Shown: positions 58,901 through 64,000 of the stretch, in pieces
Layout: every line of letters starts with the position of its first letter
Position numbering within the stretch: position 1 is the first letter of the stretch
Origin: Candidatus Latescibacterota bacterium
Lineage (GTDB): Bacteria; Latescibacterota; UBA2968; UBA8231
NCBI GenBank assembly: GCA_965219385.1
Contig: CBDCNM010000002.1
Location: 1,358,936-1,422,935, forward strand
Reading direction: 5' to 3'
DNA: 64,000 bases
Program-made: the position numbers and the translations under genes
The notes under the pieces: model-generated
Told to the model about the DNA's origin: nothing
Seen by the model: only the letters and a program-made list of their open reading frames with translations
Database searches by the model: none

Positions 58901-61900
58901 TGAGGGTGAGGCCCACCGCGCTGAGCATGAGGAAAGGCGGAAGCGGTACGTACACGGTCGTATTGACCTCGGAGCCTACGGCTGACGTGATGGTGACGGT
59001 CTCGGGGCATTCCGGTACGGATCTGTCGGTGGACGGGACGGACCTGACCTTCACGGCGAATGACTGGCAAACGCCGCAGAGCGTGACGGCTACTGCCGCC
59101 GAAGAAGCGGCGGACGGCCTGGTGGTGCTGAGGCATACCGTCAGCGGCGGCGACTATGGCAACGAATCGGCTTCCGACGTGACGGTGACGGTCTCCTCAA
59201 CTCCGCCGCCGCCCCCTCCTCCTCCACCGCCGCCCTCTACGGAGGCCAAGGTCTCCTCGTCCACGCCACCCGTTTCCGGGCCAACGGTGTCGGTGTCGTT
59301 TGGTGCGGAAAGCTACTCGGTGGCCGAGGGCGAGAGTGTGCCGATAACGGTGCGGCTGAGCGCCGAGCCCGAGCGCGAGGTGATCATTCGGCTAGCGGCG
59401 ATCCACCAAAACCGCGCCCGCAATGCCGACTATTCGGGTGTGCCAAAAAGCGTGACGTTTGGTGCCACCGAGACCGAGCAGACGTTTGTATTTGTGGCCA
59501 GCGAAGACGACGAAGACGACGATGGGGAGGGGGTTGCTATCATCTTCAAGCAGTTGCCGGACAAGGTGCGTGCGGCCTCCCCTGCTAGAGCGATGGTGAA
59601 TATACTCGATGCGCCGTCGATGTCGGTGTCGTTTGACCGGGCGGACTATGAGGTGACCGAGGGCGATAGCGTGAAGGTGACCGTGCGTTCGAGCGTCAAT
59701 CCTAAGCGTGCGGTGAAGATTCCACTGACGGCGACGCCGGGTATGGGCGCTGAGGAGTCCGATTATTCGGGGGTTCCGTCGAGTGTGCTGTTTGCACCGG
59801 GCGAGATGGAGCGGTCGTTTTCGTTGTCGGCTGTTGCCGATGATGAGGCCGATGGTGGCGAGACGGTCGTGGTCGGTTTCGGCGCGTTGCCTGGCGGGGT
59901 GGTGGCAAGCGATCCTTCGACGACGACAGCGACGCTTTTTGAGGCGGTGTCGGTGTCGTTTGATGAAGTACGCGAAGCACGCTATGAGGCGTCTGAGGGC
60001 GACGAGGCGATTGAGTTCACGGTGGCACTGAGCACGGCTAGCTATCGCGAGGTGACGGTGGAATACGCCACGTCGGCGGGTACGGCGACGGCGGGGGCCG
60101 ACTACGAGGAGACGACCGGGACGTTGACGTTCCCGGCCGGGACGACGGAACAGACGTTCCAGGTGCCGATCCTCGACGACGATGTCGATGAGGCGGCGGA
60201 GGCGTTTGCGGTCGCCCTGAGTGCGGCGTCGAACGCGACAATCGGTGCTGGTGAGGCGACGGGTGTAATCGCGGATGACGACCTTCCAGTGGTGGAGATT
60301 GCCGCGGACGGGGCCACGGTGGTCGAAGGAGCGCCGGCGACATTCACGCTGAGGCGGGAGGGCGATGTGAGCGTGCCGCTTCAGGTGCCGGTGCAAGTAA
60401 CGCAAGAGGGTGCGTTCCTTGCGGGGGAGACCCCGACTGCGGCGTTTGCGGCGGACGAGGCGACGGCGACGGTGGTGGTGGCGACGGAGGACGACGATGT
60501 CGATGAGGCGGACGGTTTGGTGTCGGCGACGATCGCCGAGGAGGCAACGTACCGGGTGGGTGATGCGGTGACGGCGACGGTGGCGGTGATGGACAACGAC
60601 GAGCGCGGGATAATGGTGACGCCGATGGCGTTGACGGTGGTGGAAGGGAATACCGGCACCTATACGGTGGTGCTGGACACGGAGCCGACGGCGGCGGTGA
60701 CGGTGAAAGTGGAAGTGCCGGATGGATCGGGAGTCTCAGTAGATGAGACGGAATTGAGGTTTACGGCGGCGAATTGGCGGGAGGCGCAGAGGGTGGCGGT
60801 GACCGCGGCTGAGGATGCCGATGCGGTGGTGGATGATGCGGTGGTGCTGACGCACTCGGTCGATGGCGGCGATTATGCGGGCGTGTCCGTGGCTGACGTC
60901 GAGGTTGCCATCACCGAGGCCGACACGGCGGGGGTGTCGGTGTCGGTGGAGGCGTTGACGGTGGTGGAAGGGGATGCCGGTAGCTACACGGTAGTGCTGG
61001 ACACGGAGCCGGCAGGCGTGGTGACGGTGAAAGTGGAAGTGCCGGATGGATCGGGAGTCTCAGTAGATGAGACGGAATTGAGGTTTACGGCGGCGAATTG
61101 GCGGGAGGCGCAGAGGGTGGCGGTGACCGCGGCTGAGGATGCCGATGCGGTGGTGGATGATGCGGTGGTGCTGACGCACTCGGTCGATGGCGGCGATTAC
61201 GACGGCGTGTCCGTGGCTGACGTCGAGGTTGCCATCACCGAGGCCGACACGGCGGGGGTGTCGGTGTCGGTGGAGGCGTTGACGGTGGTGGAAGGGGATG
61301 CCGGTAGCTACACGGTAGTGCTGGACACGGAGCCGGCAGGCGTGGTGACGGTGAAAGTGGAAGTGCCGGATGGATCGGGAGTCTCAGTAGATGAGACGGA
61401 ATTGAGGTTTACGGCGGCGAATTGGCGGGAGGCGCAGAGGGTGGCGGTGACCGCGGCTGAGGATGCCGATGCGGTGGTGGATGATGCGGTGGTGCTGACG
61501 CACTCGGTCGATGGCGGCGATTATGCGGGCGTGTCCGTGGCTGATGTGGTCGTGTCGATTAGCGAGGCTGACACGGCGGGGGTGTCGGTGTCGGTCGAGG
61601 CGTTGACGGTGGTGGAAGGGGATGCCGGTAGCTACACGGTAGTGCTGGACACGGAGCCGGCAGGCGTGGTGACGGTGAAAGTGGAAGTGCCGGTGGGTGC
61701 AGAAGTGTCGGTGGCGCCGTTGGAGCTGAGGTTTACGGCGGCGAATTGGCGGGAGGCGCAGAGGGTGACGGTGACCGCGGCTGAGGATGCCGATGCGGTG
61801 GTGGATGATGCGGTGGTGCTGACGCATTCGGTCCGCGGCGGCGATTACGCGGGCGTGTCCGTGGCTGATGTGGTCGTGTTGATTAGCGAGGCTGACACGG

Positions 61901-64000
61901 CGGGGGTGTCGGTGTCGGTGGAGGCGTTGACGGTGGTGGAAGGGGATGCCGGTAGCTACACGGTGGTGCTGGACACGGAGCCGACGGCGGCGGTGACGGT
62001 GAAAGTGGAAGTGCCGGATGGATCGGGAGTCTCAGTAGATGAGACGGAATTGAGGTTTACGGCGGCGAATTGGCGGGAGGCGCAGACGGTGACGGTGACC
62101 GCGGCTGAGGATGCCGACGCGGTGGTGGATGATGCGGTGGTGCTGACGCATTCGGTCCGCGGCGGCGATTACGACGGCGTGTCCGTGGCTGATGTGGTCG
62201 TGTCGATTAGCGAGGCCGACACGCCGGCCCTGACAATCACCGACGCGAGCGCGACGGAAGGGGCCGGTGCGATGGCGTTCACGGTGGCACTGAGCACGGC
62301 TAGCTATCGCGAGGTGACGGTGGAGTACGCCACGTCGGCGGGTACGGCGACGGCAGGGGCCGACTACGAGGAGACGACCGGGACGTTGACGTTCCCGGCC
62401 GGGACGACAGAACAGACGTTCCCGGCCGGGACGACAGAACAGACGTTCCAGGTGCCGATCCTCGACGACGATGTCGATGAGGCGGCGGAGGTGTTTGCAG
62501 TCGCCCTGAGTGCGGCGTCGAACGCGACAATCGGTGCTGGTGAGGCGACGGGTGTGATCGCGGATGACGACCTTCCAGTGGTGGAGATTGCCGCGGCGGA
62601 AGTGTCGGTGGTCGAAGGAGCGCCGGCGATATTCACGCTGAGGCGGGTGGGCGATGTGAGCGTGCCGCTTCAGGTGTCTTTGCAGGTGGCGCAAGAGGGT
62701 GCGTTCCTTGCGGGCGAGACCCCGACTGCGGCGTTTGCGGCGGACGAGGCGACGGCGACAGTGGTGGTGGCGACGGTGGATGACGAAGTGGATGAGGCGG
62801 ATGGTTCGGTGTTGGCGACGATCGCCGAGGAGGCAACGTACCGGGTGGGTGATGCGGTGACGGCGACGGTGTCGGTTGTGGACGACGATGAGCGCGGGGT
62901 GCAGGTGACGCCGACGGGGTTGACGGTGGCCGAGGGGGATACCGGTACCTATGCGGTGGTGCTGAGGTCGGAGCCGACGGCGGCGGTGATGGTGACGGTG
63001 GAAGTGCCGGTGGGAGCAGAGGTGTCGGTGGCGCCGTTGGAGCTGACGTTTACGGCGGCGAATTGGCGGGAAGGGCAGATGGTGACGGTGACCGCGGCTG
63101 AGGATGCCGATGCGGTAGTCAATGATTCGGTGCAGTTGACTCATGTGGTCCGCGGCGGCGATTACGCGGGTGTGTCCGCGGCTGGCGTCGAGGTTGCCAT
63201 CACCGAGGCCGACACGGCGGGGGTGTCGGCCTCGGTAGGGACGTTGACAATTTCGGAGGGCACTTCCGGTAGTTACACGGTGGTGCTGGATGCGGAGCCG
63301 ACGGCGGTAGTGACGGTGACGGTGGAAGTGCCGGTGGGTGCGGAGGTGTCGGTGGCGCCGTTGGAGTTGACGTTTACGGCGGCGAATTGGCAGGAAGGGC
63401 AGATGGTGACGGTGACCACGGCTGAGGATGCCGATGCGGTGGTGGATGATGCGGTGGTGCTGACGCATTCGGTCGATGGCGGCGATTATGCGGGCGTGTC
63501 CGTGGCTGATGTGGTCGTGTTGATTAGCGAGGCTGACACGGCGGGGGTGTCGGTGTCGGTAGGGACGTTGACAATTTCGGAGGGCACTTCCGGTAGTTAC
63601 ACGGTGGTGCTGGATGCGGAGCCGACGGCGGTAGTGACGGTGACGGTGGAAGTGCCGGTGGGTGCGGAGGTGTCGGTGGCGCCGTTGGAGTTGACGTTTA
63701 CGGCGGCGAATTGGCGGGAGGCGCAGATGGTGACGGTGACCACGGCTGAGGATGCCGATGCGGTGGTGGATGATGCGGTGGTGCTGACGCATTCGGTCGA
63801 TGGCGGCGATTATGCGGGCGTGTCCGTGGCTGATGTGGTCGTGTTGATTAGCGAGGCCGACACGGCGGGGGTGTCGGTGTCGGTAGGGACGTTGACAATT
63901 TCGGAGGGCACTTCCGGTAGTTACACGGTGGTGCTGGATGCGGAGCCGACGGCGGTAGTGACGGTGACGGTGGAAGTGCCGGGGGGAGCGGAGGTGTCGG
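55960..64000 (+). CDS. Giant secreted Calx-beta/Ig-like repeat protein (at least 2680 aa, runs off window)
   Basis: Absent from the track, consistent with no stop in the window. Frame from ATG 55960 has the signal-like RRPAVFAIVLSVILSCIVAPVVYA, Calx-beta motifs (GTLTFPA...I.DD..DE..E.F.V.L), YTVVL..EP...FT..NW...Q.V.VTA repeats and a poly-Pro linker near 59200. Frame spot-checked to 64000. Confidence 0.9.
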   Translation, partial: MFPNTSLESFTTSSPLRSEKSASASGRFTGANFRFRRPAVFAIVLSVILSCIVAPVVYAQNPTPGWEDGTVEVMPTSLNLQPGKSVSYSLRLTRQPTADGWWVRVFVDGAVRADGEYDIDGDNNVDITWVPSVGWEFDQDNWDQWRTIRITATDNAVLNRPMLFNHDVWDHTGNCPVHQVGVVTVAAGGDNGDNGDPPVSVSFDRSSYEAAEGGDPAAVMVELSGDPQQTVVIPITASGQDGASSSDYSAIPSNVIFLSSETRKSFIVTAADDEIDDDGESVALSLGTLPGGFSEGSHATATVRLQDDDERGVEVSPTTLRIDETETEEYEVVLTSEPTATVTVTVGGVSGDVSLNTQTLTFTTNNWDQAQPVRVTARDDVDATTDPPVVLTHTVAGGDYAGLSADNVTVIIIEDDASTLSLENVRASEDVGDMVFTVTLSKASTSGVTVNYSTSNGTAAGSDYTSQSGTLTFPANSIASQTILVPIIDDELDEAEEESFTVTLRNPQNAILAGGGTRLSATGTIVDDDDPAVSVSLDRSSYEAAEGGAPATVMMQLSGDPERMVVIPITASEQDGASPSDYSVPSNVTFRPDETRKSFTVTATDDAVDDDDESLRLELESARMPSGVTPGSRVEATVSLHDNDDPFVSVSFDQSNYEAAEGGNVATVVVELSANPERTVTIPITTVELGDASASDYSGIPPSVTFRSGETRKSFTVTAADDAVDDDGERVLMSFERLPERVSSGSPSTGIVTIADDDARGVEVSATTLRINEGATGDYTVVLTSQPTGDVTVMVSGASGDVSVDETPLTFTTTNWHRGQTVRVRTAEDTDTDADDEVVLRHTVSGGDYGNESASDVTVIIIEDDASTLSVNDVRASENVGEMVFAVTLSKASGEVVTVDYATSASTASEGSDYTAQNGTLEFPANSRRQTIRVPIAGDAVDEENETFTVILSNPQNAALAGGGMTLAATGTIVDDDMRGVRVRPTALSMRKGGSGTYTVVLTSEPTADVMVTVSGHSGTDLSVDGTDLTFTANDWQTPQSVTATAAEEAADGLVVLRHTVSGGDYGNESASDVTVTVSSTPPPPPPPPPPPSTEAKVSSSTPPVSGPTVSVSFGAESYSVAEGESVPITVRLSAEPEREVIIRLAAIHQNRARNADYSGVPKSVTFGATETEQTFVFVASEDDEDDDGEGVAIIFKQLPDKVRAASPARAMVNILDAPSMSVSFDRADYEVTEGDSVKVTVRSSVNPKRAVKIPLTATPGMGAEESDYSGVPSSVLFAPGEMERSFSLSAVADDEADGGETVVVGFGALPGGVVASDPSTTTATLFEAVSVSFDEVREARYEASEGDEAIEFTVALSTASYREVTVEYATSAGTATAGADYEETTGTLTFPAGTTEQTFQVPILDDDVDEAAEAFAVALSAASNATIGAGEATGVIADDDLPVVEIAADGATVVEGAPATFTLRREGDVSVPLQVPVQVTQEGAFLAGETPTAAFAADEATATVVVATEDDDVDEADGLVSATIAEEATYRVGDAVTATVAVMDNDERGIMVTPMALTVVEGNTGTYTVVLDTEPTAAVTVKVEVPDGSGVSVDETELRFTAANWREAQRVAVTAAEDADAVVDDAVVLTHSVDGGDYAGVSVADVEVAITEADTAGVSVSVEALTVVEGDAGSYTVVLDTEPAGVVTVKVEVPDGSGVSVDETELRFTAANWREAQRVAVTAAEDADAVVDDAVVLTHSVDGGDYDGVSVADVEVAITEADTAGVSVSVEALTVVEGDAGSYTVVLDTEPAGVVTVKVEVPDGSGVSVDETELRFTAANWREAQRVAVTAAEDADAVVDDAVVLTHSVDGGDYAGVSVADVVVSISEADTAGVSVSVEALTVVEGDAGSYTVVLDTEPAGVVTVKVEVPVGAEVSVAPLELRFTAANWREAQRVTVTAAEDADAVVDDAVVLTHSVRGGDYAGVSVADVVVLISEADTAGVSVSVEALTVVEGDAGSYTVVLDTEPTAAVTVKVEVPDGSGVSVDETELRFTAANWREAQTVTVTAAEDADAVVDDAVVLTHSVRGGDYDGVSVADVVVSISEADTPALTITDASATEGAGAMAFTVALSTASYREVTVEYATSAGTATAGADYEETTGTLTFPAGTTEQTFPAGTTEQTFQVPILDDDVDEAAEVFAVALSAASNATIGAGEATGVIADDDLPVVEIAAAEVSVVEGAPAIFTLRRVGDVSVPLQVSLQVAQEGAFLAGETPTAAFAADEATATVVVATVDDEVDEADGSVLATIAEEATYRVGDAVTATVSVVDDDERGVQVTPTGLTVAEGDTGTYAVVLRSEPTAAVMVTVEVPVGAEVSVAPLELTFTAANWREGQMVTVTAAEDADAVVNDSVQLTHVVRGGDYAGVSAAGVEVAITEADTAGVSASVGTLTISEGTSGSYTVVLDAEPTAVVTVTVEVPVGAEVSVAPLELTFTAANWQEGQMVTVTTAEDADAVVDDAVVLTHSVDGGDYAGVSVADVVVLISEADTAGVSVSVGTLTISEGTSGSYTVVLDAEPTAVVTVTVEVPVGAEVSVAPLELTFTAANWREAQMVTVTTAEDADAVVDDAVVLTHSVDGGDYAGVSVADVVVLISEADTAGVSVSVGTLTISEGTSGSYTVVLDAEPTAVVTVTVEVPGGAEVS
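60610..64000 (+). repeat. 324-bp (108-aa) coding tandem repeats in two blocks
   Basis: The Y(T/A)VVL codons recur at 60661, 60985, 61309, 61633, 61957 and at 62950, 63274, 63598, 63922. Confidence 0.92.

Noticed and set aside
55831..63792. Long minus-strand ORFs (1101, 337 and 586 aa)
   Set aside because: His/Arg-rich antisense shadows of the plus-strand Calx-beta gene.

Overview
Bacterial chromosomal window. Several secreted proteins end in FlgD-Ig/'PNPFNPET' domains, and PhyH, enolase and beta-propeller hydrolase paralogues plus a giant Calx-beta protein are present. This suggests a Latescibacteria-like, possibly host-associated organism (inference only). 1-7.2 kb: minus-strand core genes (ftsK 5' end, lamin-tail protein, vWA protein, tsaD, YbbR/CdaR, phosphatase, moaE, moaD). 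7.2-18.1 kb: four secreted, acidic, apparently non-catalytic proteins built from cohesin-like, dockerin, IPT/TIG and FlgD-Ig modules, behind a near-consensus sigma70 promoter. 18.3-41.4 kb: accessory mosaic (FGE-family protein, SLATT-like islet, flippase, ligase-thiolase-DUF35 module, catabolic enzymes) with many gene remnants and a small dispersed repeat family. 41.5-48.5 kb: Type III R-M operon led by a membrane pentapeptide-repeat gene, with an HD-domain/YwgA-like pair inserted between mod and res; the HD catalytic core is deleted in frame. 48.5-50.8 kb: decayed toxin-antitoxin array with attC-like half sites. 51-55.6 kb: beta-propeller hydrolase, ABC/PhyH chimeric pseudogene, DUF4160 pair, MlrC. 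55.96 kb to the end: a Calx-beta repeat adhesin of at least 2680 aa that is missing from the ORF track. All calls come from motif recognition by eye; no searches were run.
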